NCBI GenBank assembly: GCA_965226495.1
Contig: OZ245365.1
Span: 5,888,001-5,952,000, forward strand
Length of the DNA: 64,000 nucleotides
Direction of reading: 5' to 3'
From: Candidatus Marinacidobacterales bacterium
GTDB taxonomy: Bacteria; Acidobacteriota; Vicinamibacteria; Marinacidobacterales; DATDRI01
The notes beneath the pieces are model-generated. The model was given only the letters and a program-made list of their open reading frames with translations, was not told the origin of the DNA and did not search any database. The translations under genes were made by a program, and so were the position numbers. Shown here one piece after another: positions 19,467 through 28,949 of this stretch; positions within the stretch are counted from its first letter, which is position 1; every line of letters starts with the position of its first letter.

Positions 19467-20719
19467 GTCGAGGCGCGGGCGGCGTGGACAGGCTGGTGTT
19501 GTTCGTACCACTCGCGGAAGACGCTCAATCGTGGACGCAGCACTGTGTCGACTTGGAGTCGAGAAGAGAACGTATCCAATGCTTTGTAGCCACTGCCGGT
19601 GATACCGACGACGATCGTATCTTTGGGATCGATTCGGCCTTGTTCGATGAGCTTCAACGTGACCGCGAGCGTCGTGCCGCCCGCGGGCTCGGTGAAGATC
19701 CCTTCTTTTTCGGCAAGCAAGTGAACAGCGTCCAGGATCTCGTCATCGGTGGCCGTCTCTCCCCATCCACCGGTTCGCCGGACTTCCTTTAACACGTATG
19801 GACCATCGGCGGGGTTTCCGATGGCGATGGACTTGGCGATCGTGTTCGGCTTTTCGGGGTCGACGAGATCGTCGCCGCGGTGAAGTGCGTGCACGACCGG
19901 CGCACACCCCTCCGCTTGCGCACAGTGGATCCGAACATCGCCGGACGCCCATCCGAGCCGTAGCATTTCCGAGAACGCTTTCGATACTTTCGGGAGGAGC
20001 GTCCCGCCGGCGGTGGGTAGAACCATGTGGTCAGGAACCCTCCAGCCGAGCTGCTCCACGATCTCGAAGCCCATGGTCTTGGCTCCTTCCGTGTAGTAGG
20101 GACGCAGATTGACGTTGACGAAGCCCCATCCGTACTCGTCGCCAATCTCGCAACACAGACGGTTGACGTCGTCGTAATTTCCCTCCAGGGCAACCATGCG
20201 AGGTTTGTAGATCAACGAACCGGTGATCTTCGGTGTTTCGATGTCTTGGGGGACAAAGATCAGGCTAGGAAATCCAGTGCGAGCACAATGAGCGGCGAGA
20301 GAGTTTCCCAGATTGCCGGTGGAGGCGCAGGCGAAGACTTGGTAGCCGAGCTCGGCTCCTCGAGTCAAGGCGATAGAGACCACACGGTCCTTGTAGGAAA
20401 GGGAAGGGTGGTTCACCGTATCGTCTTTCATGTACAGATTGGGAGCGCCGAGATACTCGCCGAGCCGTTTGGCGTGGACCAAAGGAGTGTAGCCGGAGTG
20501 GTGACCGGTTATGGGCTCGCCCGTTACAGGAAGCAACTCCCGGTAGCGCCAGAGGTTCTTCTCCCTGCCCGCGATGCGATCCGGGCCGGTATCGGCCCCG
20601 ATCCGTTCGTAGTCGTAGACCACTTCCAGCGGACCGAGACACTCCAAACAGTAGAAACTGCGGTCGGCGGGGTAGGCGGTCCCACACTCTTTGCACTCCA
20701 GGCCCTTGAGGTAACTCAT
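19463..20719 (-). CDS. Threonine synthase-like PLP enzyme, possibly O-phosphohomoserine sulfhydrylase
   Basis: N-terminal CxxC...CxxC, PSLSYKDR, ASTGN, GNYDDVNRLC; controlled by a SAM riboswitch. Confidence 0.85.
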   Translation of the reverse strand: MSYLKGLECKECGTAYPADRSFYCLECLGPLEVVYDYERIGADTGPDRIAGREKNLWRYRELLPVTGEPITGHHSGYTPLVHAKRLGEYLGAPNLYMKDDTVNHPSLSYKDRVVSIALTRGAELGYQVFACASTGNLGNSLAAHCARTGFPSLIFVPQDIETPKITGSLIYKPRMVALEGNYDDVNRLCCEIGDEYGWGFVNVNLRPYYTEGAKTMGFEIVEQLGWRVPDHMVLPTAGGTLLPKVSKAFSEMLRLGWASGDVRIHCAQAEGCAPVVHALHRGDDLVDPEKPNTIAKSIAIGNPADGPYVLKEVRRTGGWGETATDDEILDAVHLLAEKEGIFTEPAGGTTLAVTLKLIEQGRIDPKDTIVVGITGSGYKALDTFSSRLQVDTVLRPRLSVFREWYEQHQPVHAARAST

Positions 20720-20822
20720 GATATCCCTTTCACCAGAGTCGGGTTGAGACGACACGACTCTGTCCATTTGATGGACTATCCTTCACGTTTCGGGGCCTCT
20801 AGCCAGTTGGGCCGGGAGCAAC

Positions 20823-20853
20823 AAAAAAAGCCCTTCCAATACTGCGGAAGGGC
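20823..20853 (-). terminator. Riboswitch expression-platform intrinsic terminator
   Basis: GCCCTTCC-gcagtatt-GGAAGGGC followed by T7. Confidence 0.85.
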
Positions 20854-20855
20854 CC

Positions 20856-20970
20856 GGTCTTATCTGCCAGGGCGACCCACTGAGGGCCTCCCGCGGGAGT
20901 TAGCACCGGTGCAATGCCGGTTGCTGTGGCATCCAAGGGCCCGATCCCTCTGCCACTCTGGATAAGTCGG
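20856..20970 (-). ncRNA. SAM-I (S-box) riboswitch
   Basis: CTTATCCAGAG..GAGGGA..GGCCC..GCAACC..GGTGCTAACTCC..GATAAG with P1 pairing CTTATC/GATAAG. Confidence 0.93.
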
Positions 20971-20974
20971 GGGA

Positions 20975-21003
20975 AGCGTACCGCGGGTCCTATGAGATGT
21001 CAA
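20975..21003 (-). promoter_or_regulatory. Sigma70 promoter of the riboswitch leader
   Basis: TTGACA-N17-TACGCT just upstream of the aptamer. Confidence 0.75.
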
Positions 21004-21059
21004 GAGTGGCGCCGAATCACACTGTTGCCCAAAACCGGCTGCCAGGCGGCCCTAGGGCA

Positions 21060-21485
21060 CTAGAGCGCGAAGCGCATGAGACCTTCGGCGGCGAGCATAT
21101 CCTCGAGGAAGGCCTTCATTTGAAGGCTTCCCAGGCGACCCCGCATCCGCCGCACGGTGCCCTCGATTCGCACGGTGGTGCCGGCGGGCACCCTCTTATG
21201 GAACTCGGCATGATCGATCCCCCGAAAGTAGATGGTGCGACCCCGGTTTTCCTCAGGATGCAGAACGAGGATTGCTCCCACCTGGGCCATGGCCTCGATC
21301 AGAAGAGTTGAAGGAAAGTACGTCTCGGCTCCATCCTTCAAGAGGAAGGTTCCGGTCTCGGCGATGCGAACGAGGCCAACGACGCGCTGGCTCGGCACGA
21401 GCTCGATGATTTCATCGACAAAGAGAAAAGGGTGGCGGTGGGGGAGGATCTTCTCGACGGCCTCCCGGTCGAAGACCAGACTCAT
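21060..21485 (-). CDS. FabZ-like hotdog-fold dehydratase with an atypical active site
   Basis: LPHRHPFLFVD and IEAMAQ present; GHFP motif absent. Confidence 0.8.
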   Translation of the reverse strand: MSLVFDREAVEKILPHRHPFLFVDEIIELVPSQRVVGLVRIAETGTFLLKDGAETYFPSTLLIEAMAQVGAILVLHPEENRGRTIYFRGIDHAEFHKRVPAGTTVRIEGTVRRMRGRLGSLQMKAFLEDMLAAEGLMRFAL

Positions 21486-22237
21486 TGCGGCGCGCTCCGC
21501 GTTGATTCGTCACCCGTCAAGTCTGCCGCGGCGTTGGTGCGCGAGAAAACGAGAAAGTATTGGTAGGGGAGAATAGTGAGGCTCTCCACTAGCTCGAACC
21601 CGGTACGCTTCAGTTCCGAGATCACCCGCTCCTGCGGGACGCGGTGACTGAGCGGGGGCCCGACCTCCTCGGCCTCTTTGTCTCGTTTGAAATCAATGAT
21701 TGAAAAACGTCCGTTGGGTTTGAGCGCCGCCCGGATATTCGAGAGCAACGAGCTCGGCGAACCCAGCTCGTGATAAACATCGACCATAAGTACAAGGTCC
21801 ACGGACTCTGGTTCCAGACGCGTGTTCGCTTCCTGAGAGAGCACCGTGTTCACGTTAGTGAGGCCGAGCTCGCTGACCTTGCGCTCGACAAAGGCCAACA
21901 TCTCGGGCTGGATGTCCACCGCTAAAACTCGCCCGGAAGGACCGACCGCAGCGGAGAGGTACGGAACGAAATAGCCCGAGCCTGTTCCGATGTCCGCGAC
22001 CACGTCACCGGGCTGCAACTTCAAAGCCAGCACGGCCTGAGCTGGTTTTTGCCAGCCGTCCCGTGAAGGCTCCTCGAGCAGGTCGGCATTCTTAGGATTG
22101 AAGAGGCGGGGCGAACGGGGGGCTTGCTGTGCGGCAGTGAGCCAGCTACCGGACAAGTTCAGCAGGCTCAGCAGGCACGTCGCCAATAAAATTCCCAAAT
22201 TCCTCACCGGACTGGCGCCTTGTTTTGGGGTAACCAT
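21482..22237 (-). CDS. Class I SAM-dependent methyltransferase with N-terminal signal or anchor
   Basis: RDGWQKP, ADIGTGSGYF, AVDIQ, VDVYHE. Confidence 0.88.
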   Translation of the reverse strand: MVTPKQGASPVRNLGILLATCLLSLLNLSGSWLTAAQQAPRSPRLFNPKNADLLEEPSRDGWQKPAQAVLALKLQPGDVVADIGTGSGYFVPYLSAAVGPSGRVLAVDIQPEMLAFVERKVSELGLTNVNTVLSQEANTRLEPESVDLVLMVDVYHELGSPSSLLSNIRAALKPNGRFSIIDFKRDKEAEEVGPPLSHRVPQERVISELKRTGFELVESLTILPYQYFLVFSRTNAAADLTGDESTRSAPQ

Positions 22238-23374
22238 AGCACTACTCCAACACAGTCTGGCTCTGCTCGCGGAGGAATTGCTGGACGTGGTACGGCCCGC
22301 AAACCCCTTTGCCGCTCGAACCGCTCGCCTTCCATCCACAGAAAGGATTGACTCCTGGCCAGGCACCGGTGGTCGCACCACTCCTACGGTTCGCGAAGGT
22401 AACACCCGCTTGGATGCGGTCGAAGCAAAGCTCGATCTCTTCGCGATCCTCGCTGAAGATGCCGGCCGTCAGCCCATACTCCGTACGGTTCGCGAGCTCG
22501 AGAGCTTCGCCGAGCGAGTCGACTTCACCGATAGCAAGAAGCGGGATAAAGAGCTCCTCGCGGAACAGATGGTGATCGAGCGGAAGTTCATCGACGAGCG
22601 TCGGTGACACGAAATGTCCCTTGTGGAAGGGCTCGTCGGTAAGAAGTTCACCTCCGTAGAGGATCTCTCCGTCCCGCCGAGCGTCCGAAACGTGGTGCTC
22701 AAAGTTGCGGCAGGCCTGTTCGCTGATCAGAGGGCCCATGAACGTATCGCGGGCGAGCGGGTCCCCGACCTTGAGCTCCCGCGTCTTGTCTAGAAGAATC
22801 GCTTTGAAACGCTCCGTCACCGCTCGCTCGACGTAGACGCGGCTGCAAGCGCTGCACTTCTGACCACCGAGCCCGAAAGCCGAACGAGCGATTCCCTCCG
22901 CGGCCTTGTCCAAGTCTGCCTTCGCAGTGACGATCGTTGGATTCTTGCCGCCGAGCTCCAAGATGCAAGGTCTTGGCAGGTCCCGGGTGAACTCTTGGTG
23001 GATCTGGAGCCCGGTCTTCTTCGAGCCGGTGAAGACCAAGCCCGAGACCTTGGGATTGGCAACGAGCTCCTTACCCATGGTCGGACCGGTCCCGGTGACG
23101 AATTGGATGGCTCCCGGAGGCAGCCCGGCTTCCCGCAGAACCTCGTAGAGCCGCAACGCAGTCGAGGGTGAGTCGGGTGCTGGCTTGAAGACCACGGTGT
23201 TGCCCGCGATGAGGGCGCCGGCGATCATTCCGGCGGGCAAGGCCAGCGGGAAGTTGAAGGGAGAGATCACCACCCATACGCCATAGGGACGAAGCACATC
23301 TCTCGTCTTTTCGTTAGGAGATAATTTACCCATCGGCCGGTCGAATCCGTCCGCGTCTTCCATCTGTTTGCAGT

Positions 23375-24440
23375 CGCGAATTCATAAAGTAAGTGCAACA
23401 CAGCTCCCGGATGAGGTGACCTGGAATGTGCCACGATTCCTCAAACAACCAAGAATGGGGACTCGCTAATGACTTATTACCAGATCACCTCGGAAGAACG
23501 CTACACCATCGCGGCGCTGCGACGGGAGGGATTTTGCTCGGCCGAGAGGGGGCGCCACCGGAGCACCATCTCGAGAGAGGTCAGGAGGAACAGCTCACCT
23601 AGTGATGGATGCTACCGGCCGAGCAAGGCCATCGAGAGAACGAACGGACGACGCTCGCGGTCTCGCCGGAACCAGTACTTCACAAAGGCCGACTTTGCCC
23701 TGGTGGAGAAGAAGCTTAAGGCCGACTGGAGCCCAGAGCAGATCTCCGGCCACCTGCGCCTTCACGGCGAGCTCTCGATCAGCCACGAGACGATCTACAC
23801 CCACGTTTGGCGGGACAAGGAGGCCGGAGGACATCTATACCGCCACCTTCGATGCTCGCCCAAACTTAGACGCAAGCGCCACAACAGCTACGACAGCCGA
23901 GGCCGCCTGGCCGGGAAGCGTCACATCTCCGAGCGGCCGTCTTGTATCGACAAGCGCCGTGCCGTTGGCCACTGGGAGATTGACACCGTGGTAGGAAAAG
24001 ACGCGCCGGACTGCGTCACCACGCTCGTGGAACGAAAGACGGGCTATGCGCTGATCGGCAAACTGTCCGACCGCAGCATGTTCGGCACTAGCCAGCGAAC
24101 GAAGATGTTGCTCCGGCGGGTGCCGGATCAGGTCAAGACCATCACCGCGGACAATGGCACGGAGTTCCACGACTACGAATCCGTCGAGGAAGCGACCGGC
24201 GTCAAGTTCTACTTTGCAACTCCCTATCACTCATGGGAGAGAGGCAGCAACGAGAACTTCAATGGATTGCTACGACAATACCTGCCGAAGCGCACCAGCC
24301 AAGCAGCGCTCACGCAACGCCACTGCGATGGTATCGCAAAGAAGCTCAACACACGGCCCCGCAAGAGGCTCGGTTACCGCACACCGGAGGAACGTTTCCA
24401 TGGGAACTAACGAATGGTGCGCTTCAAACTTGAAGTCACA
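23375..24440 (+). mobile_element. IS30-family insertion sequence, 1066 bp
   Basis: Imperfect 26-bp IRs (CGCGAATTCA..AAGTGCAACA and TGTGACTTCA..AAGCGCACCA, 15/26 identical) with AGT direct repeats at 23372-23374 and 24441-24443. Confidence 0.92.
23469..24410 (+). CDS. IS30-family transposase
   Basis: WSPEQI, HETIY, GHWEIDTV, TADNGTEF, SWERGSNEN, LN.RPRK.LG. Confidence 0.95.
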   Translation: MTYYQITSEERYTIAALRREGFCSAERGRHRSTISREVRRNSSPSDGCYRPSKAIERTNGRRSRSRRNQYFTKADFALVEKKLKADWSPEQISGHLRLHGELSISHETIYTHVWRDKEAGGHLYRHLRCSPKLRRKRHNSYDSRGRLAGKRHISERPSCIDKRRAVGHWEIDTVVGKDAPDCVTTLVERKTGYALIGKLSDRSMFGTSQRTKMLLRRVPDQVKTITADNGTEFHDYESVEEATGVKFYFATPYHSWERGSNENFNGLLRQYLPKRTSQAALTQRHCDGIAKKLNTRPRKRLGYRTPEERFHGN

Positions 24441-25038
24441 AGTAGTAGCGAATGAGATCGGCGCCTTCTTCCACGTCTCCCAGGGCTTCGAAGCGATTCT
24501 TGCCGACCTCGTAGCTCATGAGCGCGGCGAGCTCAAAGCGCTGGCTACTAATGATGTCCGCCGCCTTCAACATGAGCTCGACCCTTTTGTGCCACGGCGT
24601 GTGGCTCCAGGCTCGGAAACCAGAGGCAGCGGCATCGACGGCCGCCGCCGCATCCTTGGCAGCTCCGTCCTGAAAACGACCGATCACGAGTCCGGTATCT
24701 ACTGGAGATCGGTTGTCGAAGGTTTCCCGTCCCGAGACCTCTCTTCCATCGATCCACATGGAGCGCGTGTTGCCCATGCCTTTTCTGACGTTCTCGAGGG
24801 CACGGTCGTACTCGAGGTGCATTTCCTCGCTGGGCGCTGAGAGTGTGGCGTAGGTGATCTTAAAAGCGTCTTCCTGGGCCATGAAGACCTCCGTCTCTGA
24901 ATGGGAGAAGATCATAGGAGGAAAGGGGGCCGCCTGTCCACGTTGAGTAACAGCACCGCTGCATTTTGGCGGCCTCACGCCAAAACATGACGCGCCATTG
25001 CGCGAGCGCGCCAGGCGCGGCTAAACTGGCCGCCCATC

Positions 25039-25761
25039 ATGTTCAAGTTCCCCAACAGCCCCGTCTTCTGCCGCGACCTGGACCGAGCCTACTCCGAAGT
25101 CGTCCGCGGCGAGGGGATCTATCTCTACGACCGAAGCGGTAAACAGTATATCGACGGCTCGGGGGGAGCCTTAGTCGTCAACATTGGCCACGGCCGCACA
25201 GCAGTTGCGGAAGCGATGTCTCGGCAGGCGTCGCAGGTTGCCTACACTCATGGGACTCACTTCACCACCGAGGTTCTCGAGCGTCTGAGCGCGACGCTAG
25301 CGAACTTGCTGCCCGGAGACTTGGACAAAGTCTACCTCGTGCCGGGTGGGGCGGAGGCAGTGGAAACATCCATCAAGCTGGCGAGGCAGTACCAGCTTGC
25401 TCTGCAGCGGGAGCGACTTCCCGAAAAGGCCTGGGCCAAAGGGGCCTACTTTTCGGAGCGACTTCGCGAGCTCGAACAATCTCCCCTGGTAGGCGACGTC
25501 CGCGCCATCGGTCTCCTGGCGGGAATCGAGCTGGTCTCCGATCGAAAAACCAAGGTGCCGTTCCCTCGTAGTCGTCGGCTCGTCGAGGCAGTTGCGGAGA
25601 AAGCTTTTTCTAAGGGTCTGATCGTCTATCGATCGGCAGGTTGCGCGGACGGCATCGACGGAGACCTGATCATGCTGGCACCACCTTTAATCATAAGGGA
25701 AGAACAGATCGACGAACTGACCTCTGTGCTCGTCGAGACCTTGTCGGAAGTCAGGCCATGA
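25039..25761 (+). pseudogene. Class III aminotransferase with an internal in-frame deletion
   Basis: The N-domain (YIDGSGG..GHG..GGAEAVE) joins directly to the C-domain (VGDVR.IGL..APPL); no DEV..G.GRTG or PLP-lysine region; only 240 aa. Confidence 0.8.
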
Positions 25762-27668
25762 GTGGCCAGGCCGCACTCGGGCTCGTGGTCTGCTTGTGCT
25801 TTTGCGCGTCACCCCTCTATTCGGCAACGGAAGAAGATCGGCTTTCCGACCCGAAGGACCTGGAGAATTTCGTCGAACGGTTCTTCGAGGCGCAGATGAA
25901 TCGTTTGCATATCCCGGGCCTCGTTCTCACCGTCGTAAAAGATGGAGAGGTGATTCTCACGAAGGGTTTCGGTTGGGCCGACATGGAGGGCGGGATACCG
26001 GTGGCCGCCGAAAAGACCCTCTTTCGTGTGGGCTCTGTCTCCAAGCTTTTCACCGCCGCCGCCCTCTTGCAGCTTGCGGAGCGAGGACGCATCGACTTGA
26101 ATGTGGACGTCGGAAGATATCTAAACCCCGTCGAGATCGACGACAGCTTCCGCGAACCGGTTACCGCCTCGCACTTGTTGACTCATACCGCCGGCTTCGA
26201 CGATCGATACATCGGAATCGCCGCCCGCCGTCGAGCCGATCGTTTGCCGCTTCCCGAATATATGTCAGATCGACTGCCTCCTCGGATCCGCCCACCGGGG
26301 GAGCTCATCGCATACTCCAATCACGGGTACGCGCTCGCCGGCCTTTTGGTGGAAGAGATTTCAGGAGCCCGGTTCGAGTCCTACGTGGACGAGCACATAT
26401 TCCGTCCGTTGCGGATGACGCGCACGAGTTTCGAGTTGACGTCTCGACTCAAGGCCGATCTCGCAGTTGGCTACCGATACTTGAAGGACGAGTACCTTCC
26501 CGCCTCGTACGATTACTTCAACGTGGCTCCTGCCTCGTCTCTCAGCAGCACCGGGCCGGACATGGCGCGCTTCATGATCGCGCAGCTCCAAGACGGAAGC
26601 TATCAGGGCGCTCGCATTCTTCGTCCGGAAACGAAGGACGAGATGCAGCGACGCCATTTCGCGCATCACCCACGTCTACCGGGCAGGGCGTACGGTTTTC
26701 ATGAGCGCTTCGAAAATGGTGAGCGAATCGTTGCTCATGCTGGAGGGCTCCGTGGCTACTCGAGCTATTTCCTGTTACTCCCCGAACGAAACGTGGGCTT
26801 TTTCCTCGCACTCAACCGGTTCGAGGAGCAGCTACACGAGGAGTTCCGGAGGCAGTTCTTGGATCGCTACTTTCCAGCGCCGAACGCCGCGGCGACTCGA
26901 GCACCGTCTTCCCCCAGCCTCATCGAACGATTCAAGGGAAGTTACCGTTCACTCCGGTACTTCTCGAGCCGATCCTTCGAAAAATTGATGACCCTCTCAT
27001 CCGAGTATCGGGTGACCGCGGAGGACGGCACTCTGAACGTCCGCTATCCGGGCGATTTTCGCCAATCGACCCGATGGGAGAACGTCGAGCCCCTGCTTTT
27101 TCGCAGAATCGACGATGATGGTTATCTCGCGTTTCGTGAAAACGATCGGGGCGAAGTGACACACATGTTCATCGGAACCGAGGCCTATGAGAAGATTGCC
27201 TGGTACGAAACGCCGACATTCCAGAAGAAGTTATTTGCGTTCTTTCCTCTCGCTTTTATTGTCGCGGCCGTAACGGGAGGGTTTCTTTACGCAGCGGGCC
27301 AGTTGAGCCGGCTGAGATCGTCGAGACCAGGACGCTCCCCGGTCAATCGTCCCGACCGCCTTGCGTACTGCATCGCTATCTCGCTGAGCGTCTTGAACCT
27401 TTCGTTCCTCGTCGGCCTCGGCTACTTTGGTCGCGGAGTCGATGCCTATAGCTATCTCTACGGGATGCCGGCGGTGATGATGGTCGTGCTCTTGATGCCA
27501 TTGCCAACTGCAGCGCTCACCTTGGCACTCGCCGCCGTCACCAGTATCGGTTGGAAACGGGGGGTGGGGTCGCTACCTGCGCGGGTGTATTTTTCTCTGA
27601 CCACGATCCTGGCATTGGTTTTCATTCCGTTTCTCCACTACTGGAACCTGCTCGGCTCTCGATACTAG
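25758..27668 (+). CDS. Serine hydrolase (class C beta-lactamase/PBP-like) with C-terminal TM helices
   Basis: GSVSK, LLTHTAG, YSN, HAG; ATGA overlap. Confidence 0.88.
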   Translation: MSGQAALGLVVCLCFCASPLYSATEEDRLSDPKDLENFVERFFEAQMNRLHIPGLVLTVVKDGEVILTKGFGWADMEGGIPVAAEKTLFRVGSVSKLFTAAALLQLAERGRIDLNVDVGRYLNPVEIDDSFREPVTASHLLTHTAGFDDRYIGIAARRRADRLPLPEYMSDRLPPRIRPPGELIAYSNHGYALAGLLVEEISGARFESYVDEHIFRPLRMTRTSFELTSRLKADLAVGYRYLKDEYLPASYDYFNVAPASSLSSTGPDMARFMIAQLQDGSYQGARILRPETKDEMQRRHFAHHPRLPGRAYGFHERFENGERIVAHAGGLRGYSSYFLLLPERNVGFFLALNRFEEQLHEEFRRQFLDRYFPAPNAAATRAPSSPSLIERFKGSYRSLRYFSSRSFEKLMTLSSEYRVTAEDGTLNVRYPGDFRQSTRWENVEPLLFRRIDDDGYLAFRENDRGEVTHMFIGTEAYEKIAWYETPTFQKKLFAFFPLAFIVAAVTGGFLYAAGQLSRLRSSRPGRSPVNRPDRLAYCIAISLSVLNLSFLVGLGYFGRGVDAYSYLYGMPAVMMVVLLMPLPTAALTLALAAVTSIGWKRGVGSLPARVYFSLTTILALVFIPFLHYWNLLGSRY

Positions 27669-27704
27669 CCTGTTCAGCCTGTTCAGCCTGTTCAGCCTGT
27701 TCAG
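27667..27704. repeat. 9-bp tandem repeat AGCCTGTTC, 4 copies
   Basis: Read directly from the sequence. Confidence 0.9.
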
Positions 27705-27828
27705 TTTGACCCGTTCTTGGGCTGAACACGTCGCTGTCCGCCTTGGCGGTCGTGATACTATTTGGCGAGAGCGGGTCGCGCTCGAAGCGCGGAACGAACC
27801 CAAAGCTAAACCGAGTTTGGAGTAACTA

Positions 27829-28947
27829 GTGAACCTTAGAATTCCAGGTCCGACCCCTTGCCCTCCAGAGATCTTGAGCGCGGTGGCGCAGCAGATGATC
27901 AACCACCGTGGACCCGAAATGGCGGCGCTGATTAAGAGGGTGTCCGATAGGCTTCAGGAGTTTCTGGGCACCCGGAACGACATTTTGCTCCTCACCGCGA
28001 GCGGCACTGGAGGACTCGAAGCTGCGGTCGTGAACACTTTGAGTCCCAAGGACCGCGTCTTGGGGATCACCATCGGGGCCTTCGGAGAGCGCTTTTGCAC
28101 CATCGCCGAGACCTACGGCGCCGACGTACGTCGATTGGAATTCGAATGGGGCCAGGCGGCTTCTCCCGAGAAGGTCCGAGAGGCGCTTCGCGAGGAGAAG
28201 GGGATACGCGCCGTTCTGGTCACTCACAATGAGACCTCCACCGGGGTGACCAACCCGCTCGGCGAGCTCTGCGAAGCGATCAAAGCCGAGAGCGATGCGC
28301 TGATCATCGTTGATGGGATCTCGAGCGCCGGCTCTATCGCTCTACCCGTCGACGAGTGGGGCATCGATGTCCTCGTCAGTGGATCTCAGAAAGGATGGGC
28401 CATCCCCCCCGGCTTGGCCATCGTTGCCGTTGGGCCTCGTGCTTGGGAGGCTTCAGAGCGGTCGAAAATGCCGCGCTTCTACTTCGATCTTGGCGCCCAC
28501 CGCGACGCGGCCCTCAAGGGTCAGACCCCCTGGACTCCCGCCATCTCCTTCATCTACGGTCTCGATGTGAGCCTCGACCGGATGATGGACGAGGGGCAGG
28601 ACGCCATCTACGCCCGCCACGCCCGCATCGCCGCGAAGACCCGTGAACGTGTCAAGTCACTAGGCCTCGAGCTTTTTGCCGACGAGCGGTTCGCATCCGA
28701 TACCGTCACCGCGGTGTCCGTCCCCGCGGGTGTGGACGGCAAGGAGCTGACGAGAATTCTTCGTGAGAAGCATGACACCGTAGTGGGGGGCGGACAAAAA
28801 ACGTTGGCGGGACGCATCTTTCGCCTCGGCCACTTGGGTTGGGTAGACGATAGCGATTTGGACCGGGCCATCACTGCGATCACCAAGGCACTGCCCGAGC
28901 TCGGCTACGAGCTCCCCACCGAATCGGCATCACGAGAGCACGCCTGA
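27829..28947 (+). CDS. Class V aminotransferase (AGT/serine-pyruvate type), probable phosphoserine aminotransferase role
   Basis: IPGPT, HNETSTG, GSQK, FRLGHLG; directly upstream of serA. Confidence 0.88.
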   Translation: MNLRIPGPTPCPPEILSAVAQQMINHRGPEMAALIKRVSDRLQEFLGTRNDILLLTASGTGGLEAAVVNTLSPKDRVLGITIGAFGERFCTIAETYGADVRRLEFEWGQAASPEKVREALREEKGIRAVLVTHNETSTGVTNPLGELCEAIKAESDALIIVDGISSAGSIALPVDEWGIDVLVSGSQKGWAIPPGLAIVAVGPRAWEASERSKMPRFYFDLGAHRDAALKGQTPWTPAISFIYGLDVSLDRMMDEGQDAIYARHARIAAKTRERVKSLGLELFADERFASDTVTAVSVPAGVDGKELTRILREKHDTVVGGGQKTLAGRIFRLGHLGWVDDSDLDRAITAITKALPELGYELPTESASREHA

Positions 28948-28949
28948 GG

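Larger units (their letters stand above)
22242..24882 (-). pseudogene. Aldehyde dehydrogenase (P5C-dehydrogenase-like) interrupted by IS30
   Basis: The 5' part MAQEDAF...LIRYY (24882-24444) joins in frame to CKQMEDADG... once the IS is removed; SPFNFP, FTGS, ELGGKN, GQKCSA. Confidence 0.92.

Noticed and set aside
20027-20965. 312-aa plus-strand ORF
   Set aside because: Antisense to the thrC-like gene and the riboswitch.
25758-27668. Antibiotic-resistance beta-lactamase
   Set aside because: The SxxK hydrolase with TM tail belongs to a broad peptidase/esterase family; nothing indicates resistance.
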